DNA of 64,000 nucleotides, taken from IMG/VR virus record IMGVR_UViG_3300021387_000452, one strand, 5' to 3'. This document shows positions 18,966-31,087 of this stretch, one piece after another (the stretch's first letter is position 1; each line of letters starts with the position of its first letter). This DNA comes from a virus (taxonomy: Duplodnaviria > Caudoviricetes). The position numbers were made by a program, and so were the translations under genes. Below the pieces are notes generated by a model. The model saw nothing but the letters and a program-made list of their open reading frames with translations. It was not told where the DNA came from and ran no database searches.

Positions 18966-20453
18966 ATATTACTATAAAACTAAGGCGCACCGATTATGAG
19001 TGCGCCTGACGTGTCTTTATAAATAGATAGCCTATTGAACATTTCTTGTGAGATAGTCGATAACTTTATTCTGATCAAACTCACAATCAGTGCCGTCATC
19101 ATTAAGAGAAAGAATTCCATCATAGCTTATCTGTGATTTGAAATTACCACTTCTATGACACTCAAGAGAGCCTCTGTAATCATTCTCATTCATATTCAAG
19201 TAAATAATCAATGGAGATAAACTTGTGCAATAGTCAAGGCTCCAAATGTAAACACCGCCACGATCTAGATCTGGATTTTGCTCTATAACGCGTCTAATTG
19301 CTCTTAAAATATCTCCACCAAAATACGAAGTGTCATGTTCATACTTTCTCATACTTCAGCTCCTTCTAATCAAGATCTAGACCAGTAAACCGATTGTTTG
19401 CTTCAATATCAGTTGAGAATTTCTTATAAAGCTTTGCCATAATTCTATCACGCATTTCACTTATAGCCATTGCGCTATTTGGCATTTCACAATAGCTGTA
19501 GTTCGGTGTAAATTCATTTGGCCATTCTTTCTTATCAGGTACATCTTCTTCATAAGTGTCAAGTACTGCAGAAAAGATATCACTAGCACTAAACCAATCA
19601 ACATTCTCATCATAGAGATCATGTTTGAATTCCATGTTAGATCCACGAAGTAAGTTTGTCTCTCCATAAGCCTCGTACCATTCACACATGTTGTTATATG
19701 CATCATTGAATGTTTTAAGTACTTTAATGAGATCGTCCAATGCATCATTAAGATACTGTCTTTTCTGTTCGTTTGTCATATTCAAATCTCCCATGTAAGT
19801 ATTAAGTAGGCCAGCTACTTAGTTAGCTATTCGAAGCAATAACAGTTCTCTTCGACTTTTCAATGTAAACTTTACAATGCTCTTTTTCTATGCATTCTAA
19901 AGCGCGTCTTTTTGCTTCACCAAGAGTTTTACACGGCCAATCATAAGCGGGCCAATCTTCTATATCAGCAAGCTGTCTATAAGTTACTCCATCTTCAATT
20001 AGATCATCATCTTCAGATTTATTAAGATCTGTAAGCTTCCATTCATAGCATTCTTTTATATCCCAACTCATGCCATCATAGTCAGTATCTGACGACTGCT
20101 CTTTTGCTTCTTCTAATGTTTGAAAGATTTTAATATCATACATATTCATAAAGTCTTTTTCTTTAGAAGAATCTCTGTAAACGACTAAAGCATAGAATGG
20201 ATTATTCATAGTAAAGTCTCCAAGATTAAATCCAACGAATATCGACGTCACCATTGCCAAGAACATCTACCGTAAGACAGTATGGCTCTAAATCAGTAAC
20301 CTCATCTTCATAATAAGCTTCTTCGTAACCATCATCTGGGTCTACATAAACACTAGCTACATCTTTAGTAAGAGTGACTTTTGCATCTGGATTTTGCTTT
20401 GAAAGGAAGTTCATAAGCTCTTTTACTGTCATTGTTCTTTCTCCTTTAAGTTA

Positions 20454-20521
20454 TTGAATGGAACCATTCCATCCAATCTTGAGAATCTTATAAAACTTAT
20501 TGAGAACTCTGTAAACAAAAA
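20454..20521 (-). promoter_or_regulatory. Repeated promoter cassette
   Basis: Consensus match (GGTGAT degenerate). Confidence 0.8.
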
Positions 20522-20918
20522 TTACGCATGATCTTTAAGTTTTTCTATCTCATGTAGAACAGTGTAGTCTGAGTCGAGCTCACTTTCATATACTACAATA
20601 GCGTCATCACCAAATTTCTCTTTGTAGATGATAGTATCTTTATAACATATACTTTCTTGCTCTTTATTCTCACTAGGCAAACAAAACCCAATGATTAGTA
20701 GCATTATCTGAATTCCATAGAATACAGAAAGAAAGATGATCATTTCATCCATGATTACTAGCCCACCAAACAAAAGCAAGAAAAGCAATTGTTATTACTG
20801 GTATGAATGCATCACCTAATAATGGGATTATGCATAAGATAATAATTGTAGTAATAATTGATAGAATAGCAATAGACACTAACCACAAAACTTCTCTCTT
20901 GTCCATGATTTACTCTCC

Positions 20919-21401
20919 TTAAGAATTAGTCTTCTTGCTCAATTGCTTAGCAAGATTTCTTTCTCTAATCTCAGCTTGTTTTCTTATTGTAGCAAATGCT
21001 TTTATTTCATCATTTATACTACAGTCTTCTTCAATAGCATGTAGCTCATGATGAGCTTTTTCACATAGCCAGCAAAGGTTCTCAGGTCTAGTGTCAAATG
21101 GATTATGATTCTTGTGGTGAACGTGCAATTCACCAGAACAAATGTGATCTTTATCAGTACACATACATTTCTTATGTAAACACATCTTTGCAACTTCACG
21201 TGATAGCTTGTACGCGCTTGTTATAAGCGCTTCAATCTCTTTATCATCACCACGCTTAATAGCATTTATGTGTTTCATCTTACGAGATCGATAAGCTTTC
21301 TTTGCTCCTCGCTTTGCACATTTATCTGAACAGTAGATTGTGTTCTTTGAGTCAGATTCAAATGATTTGCCACAGATCTTACATGTCTTTGAATAGGTCA
21401 T
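20919..21401 (-). CDS. Zn-finger / HNH endonuclease-like protein
   Basis: CKICGK...YCSDKC; LHVHH...NL..LCEKAHHELH. Confidence 0.75.
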   Translation of the reverse strand: MTYSKTCKICGKSFESDSKNTIYCSDKCAKRGAKKAYRSRKMKHINAIKRGDDKEIEALITSAYKLSREVAKMCLHKKCMCTDKDHICSGELHVHHKNHNPFDTRPENLCWLCEKAHHELHAIEEDCSINDEIKAFATIRKQAEIRERNLAKQLSKKTNS

Positions 21402-21445
21402 AATTTCATCTCCATTAGTCAGAAAGCTACGATTTTCAGACGGCT

Positions 21446-22534
21446 TTAATAACTACCAATGCTTCTAAAATTAAAGATAAGTGCCTCTCTATTCTCTTTG
21501 TTAAAGTAGGCAAACTTGAATAGTACGCTAGGTTCTAATAACCATGTTCCGCCATCAGCACTATACTCTTCAAATTTAAAGTCTATTTCCAAATTAGAAT
21601 CAAATTTTGATAATTTATCAATCAGCTCTTTTACTGTCATGATGTTTTCTCCTTATTAGTCCATGTAAAAGAAAACCTCTTCCCTAGAACCATCTTTGGC
21701 TACTTCAATGATTTTACTATCATGTAAATTTGGTATTACAAATGTTTCAGAATAGCAATCTTCGAGATCATTAAAGTCTTCCCACAAAACCCAATCATTT
21801 GAATCATTAAACCTAACATAAAGTTTAAATTTACCCTTAACTTTCTGATTACCAGTTATGTGATATTCTTTCATACCAAATTCTCCTCCCTTAGTAATTG
21901 TAAAGCACCGGATAATTACGTCGCCAATCACTATAATCTGGCATACGATTAGCAGACTTAAATATTACAACGTTATGTTCAGAATCAAGCTCAAAGCTGT
22001 CTTCATAAAAGTCGTCAAAGTCTATATCTTCTGAATAAGCATCACGATCAGAGGCGGTGGCTGGAATCGCATTTATAACTTCTAAATTGCCATCGAACTT
22101 CTTAAGAACTTCAATCAATTCATTTACTGTCATGGCTTGTTCTCCTTATCGCTAATAACCCATCTGTGGCTTTCTCATGTCAATGATAACGTCATTTTGT
22201 TTATCTGTATAAATGTCAACGTCATCAAAACAAATGTAATCCTCATCTCCATCTACAGTTCCGTATGCATTAACATCACAGTAGCGAATATGAACCTGTG
22301 AATCAGGGTCTTGTTTTGAAAGGATTTCGATAAGTTCTTTAGTTGTCATGATGCTTTCTCCTGCTAATCAACTAAAATGTCCAACAGCTCAAAGTCTTTG
22401 CCATCTTTTGTCTTCCAAGTTTCAGTCTTAAATGCTGCGTCATCTAAATCAAACGCTTCACCTTCAGCAGAAATGACAACTTCTAAGTTCTCGTCAAATG
22501 ATTTTAGCTTTTCAATCAATTCTTTTACTGTCAT
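21446..22534 (-). other. Cluster of short paralogous MT(V/T)xELIxxL genes (21446-21640, 21891-22133, 22152-22349, 22364-22534)
   Basis: Shared N-terminus, each with an AGGAG RBS. Confidence 0.75.
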
Positions 22535-22556
22535 GATGCTTTCTCCTCTATCGCTG

Positions 22557-22646
22557 CTGAATGGAACCATTCCATCCAGATTATGAAGTTCTTATAAGCT
22601 AGACTGAGAACTGTGTAAAATAAAATCACCGAATAAATCGGTGATT
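22557..22646 (-). promoter_or_regulatory. Repeated promoter cassette
   Basis: Consensus match. Confidence 0.8.
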
Positions 22647-23330
22647 ATGCTAGATTCGTAACCTAACTCCATTGTTTATTTATGTACATGTCTGGCGACA
22701 ACTGCATTTCTGTTTTATTCTTAGGATTAGACAAAGAATAACTTACTATGATCATTCCCTCTTTGCCATTACTGTACTGCATAAACGAAATGTCAATCTG
22801 ATTTCCATACCCAAATGAATTTTCAATAATGTAACGACATACACGTAAAGCAAATTCTTTTGGAACCGTAAATGAAAATAGCTTTGTTGTTGGAACTTGG
22901 TCTGTATGAGTCCAGTTACGGAATATAAGATTATTGTTAAATGAAATACGAGCATCTCCATTTGGTAACTGCTCAATCTTATCAAGCATGACGTTCATTG
23001 CTTACCTCATGTTTCAATGTAACAGCAAGATCATCCAGCATGTTAAAAGATTCTCTGACTTTAACAACTGCATCCATGTAACCGTTTGCAATTTTCATAA
23101 AGCTATTGAGATCTTCTATATCGCCAGATTCTCTGTAATTGTTTAATCTGTATTCCATCATTGGAATGCCATTCACAAAGTAGCTTAAACCTGATCTGCC
23201 TTTACAAAGTGCATCACCAATCTTATCGGCAATACTTTCAGAGTTTATATCCCATGAAGTTTTGTTCACATCATCTTTTAATTCATTTACCTTATCAGCA
23301 ATGAATTGAAGTTCAAACAGTAAATAATCT

Positions 23331-24221
23331 TTATTCATAGCAGCTCTCCATAGAGTCTAAAGATGCAAGCGCTTTGTCAATACTATCTGAAATATACCTT
23401 GCTGTCTTATAAGCATATTCACTTTGTAAGCTGGACCATGCATCTCGTTTATCTTCCAATTCTTGATCTAAAATATCTTTTTGCTTTTCAACATATTCAT
23501 TAAAATCATCATATACATTTTTTCTAAGCGTAATCTTTGACTTTAAGTCGATAGCTTCTTTTGAATTTATGAATTCATTATTTGAATCTTCTGACACTCT
23601 TTTAATGACATATTGCTTTAAGTTTATTTCTTGCACAAACCAATTATGATTTTTGCACATGTAACATCTGCCGCCATGAACATTATGATATGCACAGAAT
23701 TCGCATTTGTTATTTCTATCTTTATATTCTTTAATGTATTTGCTAATATCATACATTGGCTTATTGTCTTCTACAATCATATTTTCAAATTTGAATATCA
23801 GTTCTATAGTATCTCCAGAAAAGCATTCAACATTTGGATTAAACAATGGATAGAATTCTTCAAGGTTCCATTTCTTAAACAAGCTGTGGTCATTCTCATT
23901 ATAAGCATATAACTTTGCTTCTACAAGTAGATCACTTCTACTGCTATGTAGTGCATTACATGGGCTCCATACACTATTTACCCATCTGTTTATAAGTGGC
24001 AAAACATCTTTTATATTTTTATAACGTTCTAAGCAATGAATTTCTCCAGATGTTTTAAAGTGTAGAGACTTATATCCTATAGGACATGCTGGAATTTTAA
24101 CAGCAGGAACTTCCACACGATTAACTGATAATTTAATATGCTCTTGATTATCAGAGATCTCTTTTGGCAAATTAAATTCAATTACAAAATCAAACATGCC
24201 CAATGAATCTGTTGCAAACAT
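23331..24221 (-). CDS. Hypothetical protein with a possible T4 gp19 tail-tube-like N-terminal domain, Zn motif and coiled coil
   Basis: FxFxIEF...VEVP...W...KLYAY...KWNL..FYP pattern. Confidence 0.4.
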   Translation of the reverse strand: MFATDSLGMFDFVIEFNLPKEISDNQEHIKLSVNRVEVPAVKIPACPIGYKSLHFKTSGEIHCLERYKNIKDVLPLINRWVNSVWSPCNALHSSRSDLLVEAKLYAYNENDHSLFKKWNLEEFYPLFNPNVECFSGDTIELIFKFENMIVEDNKPMYDISKYIKEYKDRNNKCEFCAYHNVHGGRCYMCKNHNWFVQEINLKQYVIKRVSEDSNNEFINSKEAIDLKSKITLRKNVYDDFNEYVEKQKDILDQELEDKRDAWSSLQSEYAYKTARYISDSIDKALASLDSMESCYE

Positions 24222-24892
24222 ATATTACCCTCTCCTGTTGATGATACCATTATAATATCTGATTAACCACAAAGCATATTCTAATGAGTATGCTTTCGAG
24301 CCTTTTTGTTTTGGTTTTGATGTGAAATAACAATAGTCACCTATATTGTAGGTATACACTTTTATGCCCTTACTTAATCTAAATTTAGAATGGCTATACT
24401 TCTTTCGTTTTATTTTTGATTTGTGTTTTGGTACAGTTGGATGATGAAGCATAGCTATCCTTTCCTGTCAAGATCGTCATTGAATAGCATCATTCTAACA
24501 TAATGATGCTTTTTATTTTGTTTAAGTGTATAGTCGTACGCAGTGTATTTTGCTCTTCTGAATCCTTTTACATTTAAAATCTCTGAAGTAGACTCAAACA
24601 TTCCAGCATTGCCATAATTAGTTTCCTGAAAGTTGTTAAACACAAGTTCACTGTCAAAAGAATCAATGGGCAATCTCAATAACATATTGGCAAAGTCTTT
24701 TGTTGATAATTCATTCTTATATGCCTCTAGATCACCATCTCGAAACAAAGTTATGAAAGTCTTATGTAAATCCTTATTGTAATCTACATCTAAAACGGGG
24801 TGAAGTAAATTATCAGAATCACCCCATAAGACATGCCAATCAAATGGCATGTGATGTAGTATTGTTAGTGCTTTGTAGACTTTCATAATGAA

Positions 24893-26095
24893 TTACTCAC
24901 TAGCCTTAAAATTATACATAGGTTTTATGACTTCAACAATATCAATAGTGTCTTTCACTAATTCTATAATCTCTTCAGCCGGTTTGTACGCCATCGGAGA
25001 TTCATCCAGAGTGGATTCATTTACAGAAGTAGTAAATATACCTTCCATTGAGTGTTTAAAATCATCCATTGCAATCGAGTTCTTTGCCTGTTTACGAGAC
25101 ATTAACCGACCAGCACCGTGTGGCCCTGAACAGTTCCAGTCTTCGTTTCCTTTACCGATTCCTATAATAGAACCATCTCGCATGTTTAATGGAATGATTA
25201 CTTTCTCACCTTTATTACAACGAATAGCTCCTTTACGAATTATGTTATCTTCAAAGTCAATATAATTGTGAACAGTGTGGAACACTTCAACAGGTGTAAC
25301 TTTTAAGAATTCCAAGATTCGCTGCGCAATCTCTTCACGATTCTTGACAGCGTATTCCTGACATATCTTCATATCATGTAAATAATTATCTCTGTGAGCT
25401 CCTTCCAAGTAGCATAAATCATCTGGGATCTTTTGTGCTGAAGCAAACTTTTCTCGTAATTCACGAATAGCATCTTTGATCTCTTTGTGACGTAAAGCTT
25501 CTTTATACTCAGCAATCAACTGTTCAGTTTTAGCTTTTATCTCTTCAGACTTAACATTGCAATCTTCAATTGCCATCGCCTGATAATATCTGCAAACCTG
25601 CTGGCCTAAGTTACGAGATCCGGTGTGTATAACTAAATAAACATCACCTGATTCTGATTTGTTCAATTCTATGAAGTGATTGCCTCCGCCCAATGAACCA
25701 ATTGATGCATGCAAGTGTTCAACATTTCGCAACTCACGTCGCATAAATAATTTGTCTAAATCATCAAAGCCAATAGTATGAGTCACATCATTTGCTGACA
25801 TTCCTGACGGAATATTTTCATGGATGAATTTGTCTAATTCTGCCAATCGCTCATCAGATAAATTCAATTTGCCCATATTGACTACATACATTCCGCAGCC
25901 CACGTCGACGCCTACTAAGTTTGGAACTACTTTATCTCCAAGGTCAGCAGTAAATCCAATAACACAGCCTTTACCTGCATGAGTGTCCGGCATAATACGA
26001 ACTTTTGCGTCTCTAAAAACGTTAACTGACATCAGCTGTTTTAACTGATCATATACTTCTTGTTCTACAGTCTTTGCAAATATTTTTACACTCAT
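24893..26095 (-). CDS. rtcB: RtcB RNA 3'-phosphate/5'-OH ligase
   Basis: MPDTHAG, GVDVGCG, GGGNHFIE, HTGSR, HNY, HGAGR, DESPMAYK. Confidence 0.95.
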   Translation of the reverse strand: MSVKIFAKTVEQEVYDQLKQLMSVNVFRDAKVRIMPDTHAGKGCVIGFTADLGDKVVPNLVGVDVGCGMYVVNMGKLNLSDERLAELDKFIHENIPSGMSANDVTHTIGFDDLDKLFMRRELRNVEHLHASIGSLGGGNHFIELNKSESGDVYLVIHTGSRNLGQQVCRYYQAMAIEDCNVKSEEIKAKTEQLIAEYKEALRHKEIKDAIRELREKFASAQKIPDDLCYLEGAHRDNYLHDMKICQEYAVKNREEIAQRILEFLKVTPVEVFHTVHNYIDFEDNIIRKGAIRCNKGEKVIIPLNMRDGSIIGIGKGNEDWNCSGPHGAGRLMSRKQAKNSIAMDDFKHSMEGIFTTSVNESTLDESPMAYKPAEEIIELVKDTIDIVEVIKPMYNFKASE

Positions 26096-26312
26096 AGGAC
26101 CCTCCCAAAGCATAAGCTATTTTGTTATAGTGAAAAAACTACTGAGTCGTCTTCAACAAAAACGTCGTCTTTTTCAACAACGCCATCATCTTTTATCGCC
26201 TCGCCGTATTCAGAAAATGATAAGACTGAATAACGAACTTCAGCATCTTGATCAGCGTGTGAAAGTAATTCCATCAAATCAGCAACTCGCATTTTGTATC
26301 TCCAGTGAATTA

Positions 26313-26388
26313 TTGAATGGAACCATTCCATCCAATTTATGAGAATCTTATAAACAACTATAAATTTGTTGTAAACAAAAATCACCGA
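26313..26388 (-). promoter_or_regulatory. Repeated promoter cassette (upstream of the rtcB unit)
   Basis: TTTACA-N17-TATAAG plus leader hairpin. Confidence 0.8.
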
Positions 26389-26390
26389 AT

Positions 26391-27695
26391 TTATTTCCAA
26401 CTTTCCATTAAACTAGAAATGGCATCGTCAACTTTAGACGCGTGAGAATTATTTTGGTTATTGTAGTATTCATCAATCTCAGCAATTCTTTCGTCTCTTT
26501 CCTTAGACTCAAGAACTTCATATTTGCATCTTGTAAGAACGGTTTGCTTCTGACTGTGATATTCATCATGAGCTTTAATTTTACCAGACAGCTGTATGGT
26601 GGCGCCTTTGTCTAATGGGTACCACTGAGTATAGTTTGCACGATCATCTTTTACTGTAAATTCTAAGCCAGTTCCAGTAGACCACTTAAAAATATTTCCG
26701 TTGTCATCCATGAACAGATGGATATGAGAACTACCAAATTGAGTATCATATGTATGAGTATTCATATAGGTAACTTTAACAGAGATTTTATCACCTACAT
26801 TACCAACATACTCGCTGGATTTTTTATCTGAATTCTTAAGATCAATGAGCCTTTTATATTCACTCTTACGATATGATGGAATTAACGAAGCGAGAAATCC
26901 AAAGTGTCTTGCTGTACAATATCCAGCATCTATGATCTGTCTAAGATTAAATAGGTAACTAGATCTATTCAACTCTTCTTCTGATAAGCAGTGAATCCAT
27001 TCAATAGCATCAACTGCTTCACTCTCAACTCTATTTCTATCATATGCGTCCATGATGAATTTCCATGTAGCATTCATACTACTGGAAGGCTCAAATCCAT
27101 ATTGATCAATAAGTCTCTTTGCAGCTGAAACGATGTCCACTATATCATATGTTCTAATACCGTTAGACTCAAAGAATTCACCAGCGTATTTTTCTCCATC
27201 TATAATGGATTTTAGATCAGAGCTTTTCTCTTCTAACACTCTCATGTATTCACTTACTTCAGCAATAAGATTACCATCCAAACCAGATGTGAATTCTTTT
27301 ACGCATGAGGTGCCAACAACTTTTCTTTCACCAGACTCATTTTCTAATACGGTGATTGAATTGCGATAGACATTCTTATGACAATGATCACAATGAAAAT
27401 CAGTGTCTTTATATTGAGCAATCAAGCTAGCATCGTCGAAGTAGCACTGAACAATTCCATCTTTTCTTTGAACTAAGCCAAGTGAACGCCAACCATTGAG
27501 TTTAAATGTAACGTCAAGATTAAGATCAACGAGACTGACTTCAAAATTATTACCATCAACACTAACAAGCTTGGTATATGGGTCGCTTACATTAAACGTG
27601 TATGGCACTTGATTCTTTTCACATTTCTTAGTGATGCGACTAATTTTTCTGCAGATATCTTTAGCCATATTATTAAGAATCGTGTAAGTTGCCAT
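26391..27695 (-). CDS. Conserved phage protein with CDHC...VGxxC Zn motif and C-terminal OB-like domain (start corrected)
   Basis: CDHCHK, VGTSC, YVGNVGDK...GKIKAHDEY..KQTVLTR. Confidence 0.65.
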   Translation of the reverse strand: MATYTILNNMAKDICRKISRITKKCEKNQVPYTFNVSDPYTKLVSVDGNNFEVSLVDLNLDVTFKLNGWRSLGLVQRKDGIVQCYFDDASLIAQYKDTDFHCDHCHKNVYRNSITVLENESGERKVVGTSCVKEFTSGLDGNLIAEVSEYMRVLEEKSSDLKSIIDGEKYAGEFFESNGIRTYDIVDIVSAAKRLIDQYGFEPSSSMNATWKFIMDAYDRNRVESEAVDAIEWIHCLSEEELNRSSYLFNLRQIIDAGYCTARHFGFLASLIPSYRKSEYKRLIDLKNSDKKSSEYVGNVGDKISVKVTYMNTHTYDTQFGSSHIHLFMDDNGNIFKWSTGTGLEFTVKDDRANYTQWYPLDKGATIQLSGKIKAHDEYHSQKQTVLTRCKYEVLESKERDERIAEIDEYYNNQNNSHASKVDDAISSLMESWK

Positions 27696-27714
27696 GTTCT
27701 GTTCTCCTTGAGTT

Positions 27715-27806
27715 ATCAAATGGAACCATTCCATTTGATTTATGAATCTCTTATAAACTAGACTGAGAACTGTGTAAAATAAAATCACCATATAAATGGT
27801 GATTTT
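27715..27806 (-). promoter_or_regulatory. Repeated promoter cassette
   Basis: Hairpin TCAAATGGAA-TGG-TTCCATTTGA. Confidence 0.8.
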
Positions 27807-28250
27807 AAGTAGTGCTACTTTATGTGAATGTAGATCCATTCAACAGAAGACTCAAACGCTTCTTTCATACTATCTATGAATGATAGAGCTTGATTTAACG
27901 TTTGAAATGTAGTAAATACAGGACTTTCTAGACTATCACTAGAATCGTGTCTAAGCACATACTCAACAACGTACATATTCTTACCTAGATACATGGGTCT
28001 AGTTGAAAGTCTTGAATAGAAAGCTCTAAGCAATTTACTCTAGAATCAGCGCGGTCTACTGGAATAACTCCATCGAGATCTTTGTCATAAAATCCATAGC
28101 ATGCAATAGCAGTTTTTCCGATCATTAAATCTCTGTTTACTTCATCTTCATCAAGACTATCATATGATGAATCACAAAAGATTATGTCAAGCTCTTGATC
28201 ATACTGTGAAAGCATGCTTATTAAGTCTTTTACTTTCATGCTATTTTCCT

Positions 28251-29420
28251 TTATCGGTGATATTTAAGAAGAAAATTTGGAGATACGCATTTGAAGTTCT
28301 GCTGACCATCTTGTGAATAGAAAACAAACCCTTCAATATCGCCATCATCGATTGCAGATTTACATGAATCTACGTAATCAACAATTTCTTCTACTGATTT
28401 TGGAATTTTATAATCATAGTCATAGACATGAACGTGTGGTAGATCTCGATCATCACAAACCTTAATCATTTCTTTAATCGGTAATCGTTTACCATCAAAC
28501 CAAATATGAAATACCACAAAGTCGTGTTTATTGTTATTCAATGAGTAATTACGTTTTTGTACTTTGTCACCGTAAGTCTCACCTTGAATTGCAACAGTCT
28601 TTAAACCATGTACAATTTTTAGAGACTTAAGCAGTTCTTTCATATTGTATTTAGCACCTGATTCAGCCCAGATATTATTTTTGAAATAGTTTCCGCCATC
28701 TGAGTCTTTCTCAGGATTCTTAATTACATTATGTGAACCAACTAAATAATTATCCTTCTCATCAAGAATAAATGATGTAGATGCACCGTCAACTTTCTCT
28801 GTAATAATATATGTATCGTCTGAACCTAGCAATTGTGGAAGATTCTGAATGCGCTCAGAGCCAGTTTTCGGCAACCACTCCGGCCACTTACATTTTGCCT
28901 TGTCCTTTTTATGAACAAAGATCTTTGAGAGTAGCCAACGAGCAAATCTGAACTTCATTGCAAATCTAATAATAGAGCTATTAAAGAATTTTTTATGACG
29001 ATCCATTGCACGTTGAAAATCATTTACTTTTTGTTTTGGCTGATTCTCACATACTGGCTCAGGATCATACTTCTCTACGTGAAGTTTATCAGTAACAAAG
29101 TCACCTTCTTTGCAGCCTTTCAGTTCTGGGAAATCAGACAATGGTAAGATTAGTCCCTGACTAACAGTCTTACACATCTTCTGCGTTAAAACGCGATACT
29201 TACGTTTTTCCATAAATGAAAAACGCTCGTCATTAGAAGGCAGAAGAGAGTCAATTTCAAAATAAACTACAAGGTCACCAACTTTAATTTCTTTTGGTGC
29301 AACACACCACCACCCAAGAACTTTACAGCTGTGTACACGATCATATCCATCAAGGTCTTTTGCCTCAGCTACTTTAACAATGTAAGCAAGTTCGCGTTCA
29401 TTAGTTTTAGGGTTTAACAT
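28251..29420 (-). CDS. ATP-dependent RNA ligase, Rnl2/DRB0094 family
   Basis: N-terminal VVYFEIDS..SQGL domain; TEKVDG motif I, QGE, EGFV, FKCVS. Confidence 0.9.
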   Translation of the reverse strand: MLNPKTNERELAYIVKVAEAKDLDGYDRVHSCKVLGWWCVAPKEIKVGDLVVYFEIDSLLPSNDERFSFMEKRKYRVLTQKMCKTVSQGLILPLSDFPELKGCKEGDFVTDKLHVEKYDPEPVCENQPKQKVNDFQRAMDRHKKFFNSSIIRFAMKFRFARWLLSKIFVHKKDKAKCKWPEWLPKTGSERIQNLPQLLGSDDTYIITEKVDGASTSFILDEKDNYLVGSHNVIKNPEKDSDGGNYFKNNIWAESGAKYNMKELLKSLKIVHGLKTVAIQGETYGDKVQKRNYSLNNNKHDFVVFHIWFDGKRLPIKEMIKVCDDRDLPHVHVYDYDYKIPKSVEEIVDYVDSCKSAIDDGDIEGFVFYSQDGQQNFKCVSPNFLLKYHR

Positions 29421-29673
29421 GTTTAATTCTCCTTTACTGAAGTCCGTCTTCAAAGTTACAGATACTAACGTTTATTTCTGTTGCCAAATCTTCTACCGCT
29501 TTTCTAGCAATTCGTAATTTATCGTAAAGACCATCACTAATATAATGTGAACTAATAGCACAATTCAATCTTAATAATGAAGACAATAAATCAGAACATA
29601 ATCTCTTTGAATCCATTAAACAAGCTATCTCGTAAGCATCTTTAATTTGCTTGTTCTGCATATTACTAATCTC

Positions 29674-29952
29674 CTATTGCGCCATAAGAAGCTGATCAAC
29701 GTCAGCTACGTAAGCCCATTTGAGATCTGCAATTTCTATGATGCAGTACCCGTTATCAACATCACCAACAAATGGTAGCCATTCATCACATCGAGTATAG
29801 ATCATCTCGTCACCACAAGCAAACCCGCCTTCTTCCAAGTCTGGCATACCAAGAATGAATTTGTCATAGCCATATTCACCGCCATAGGTAACATGTATTA
29901 AGCAAAGATCTTCTTTTTCAGGGAGATGATTTTTACGATCGTTCCATTTCAT
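29674..29952 (-). CDS. DUF551-like protein (start corrected)
   Basis: KWNDRKNHLP N-terminus. Confidence 0.5.
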   Translation of the reverse strand: MKWNDRKNHLPEKEDLCLIHVTYGGEYGYDKFILGMPDLEEGGFACGDEMIYTRCDEWLPFVGDVDNGYCIIEIADLKWAYVADVDQLLMAQ

Positions 29953-29975
29953 TTTTAAGTCTCCTTTTAAGTTTA

Positions 29976-30050
29976 TTGAATGGAACCATTCCATCCAATT
30001 TATGAGAATCTTATAAACCACTTTATAGTGGTTGTAAACAAAAATCACCG
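29976..30050 (-). promoter_or_regulatory. Repeated promoter cassette
   Basis: Consensus match; palindromic spacer AACCACT-N4-AGTGGTT. Confidence 0.8.
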
Positions 30051-30577
30051 TGATCAGAATTAAAAGCTATAATATGATCGTCTGTAAGATTCTTAATAGT
30101 CGACTCTAATTCAGATAGATTAAATACATCACCAAAAGTGTCATTGACAAAGTCAAGAATATGATGAACTGTGGATGGCGCAGAAGTTTTCCACGTGATT
30201 ATCATTCTATCATGAACTGCTTGAATATAGATCTCACACCCTACATTAGTAAGATATGAATCCCAATTATCAGCAAGTAATCTTGCGTCAGCAGAATTTA
30301 TATTTGAAACCCAAAGCTCTCTCATAGTAACCACATATATGAGTAAGTGGGGTGAATAAATCACCCCTTGTTATTAGTCATCTTCAACCTCTTCAATGTC
30401 GTAGTATTCATCGAATGGCATTCCAAGTTCATCTTCCATTGATGCTTCGAAATCGTCCGACATGCTCAGATAGCATTCTTCGCAAAGTGCAAGATTGGAA
30501 TTGCGTGATACATAGGCGGCCTGATTAAAGCAACACATGCAAGTTCTGCGTTTCATTGTAAGCTCCTTTGTGGTTTA

Positions 30578-30668
30578 TTGAATGGAACCATTCCATCCAA
30601 TCTTGAGAATCTTATAAATCACTATGAAGTGATTGTAAACAAAAATCACCGACTTAAGTCGGTGATTC
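30578..30668 (-). promoter_or_regulatory. Repeated promoter cassette
   Basis: Consensus match; palindromic spacer AATCACT-N4-AGTGATT. Confidence 0.8.
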
Positions 30669-31010
30669 CATTATTTATTCGTCATCAATGCTCCATTCCA
30701 TCCAGTACTTAATACCGTCAATGACCATTTCAGTCATAGGCCATCCGCAATTAAAATCCACACCAGTGACTTTGAATTCTACCTGATTATCCAGATTCTT
30801 AATAATAGTATTCACTGCGCGGTCTTCACTGACCTTAGCACCGTACGCTGCATCCGGAATAAAAGCATTTGTCGGATCATTTAATTCCCTAAGAATTTGT
30901 TCTAGACTTTCTGTCTGGAACCATGTCTTAAGAATACCAAAGCAGGTGTTGCGCTTTTCGAAATTATGAAGATCACTAATAGAAATTTCCATGACTACCT
31001 CCAGTAATTT

Positions 31011-31087
31011 ATTAGATGGAACCATTCCATCTAATTTCTGAATCTCTTATAAGCCAAGATTCATTTTGCGTAAACAAAAATCACCGA
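31011..31087 (-). promoter_or_regulatory. Repeated promoter cassette
   Basis: Hairpin TTAGATGGAA-TGG-TTCCATCTAA. Confidence 0.8.
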
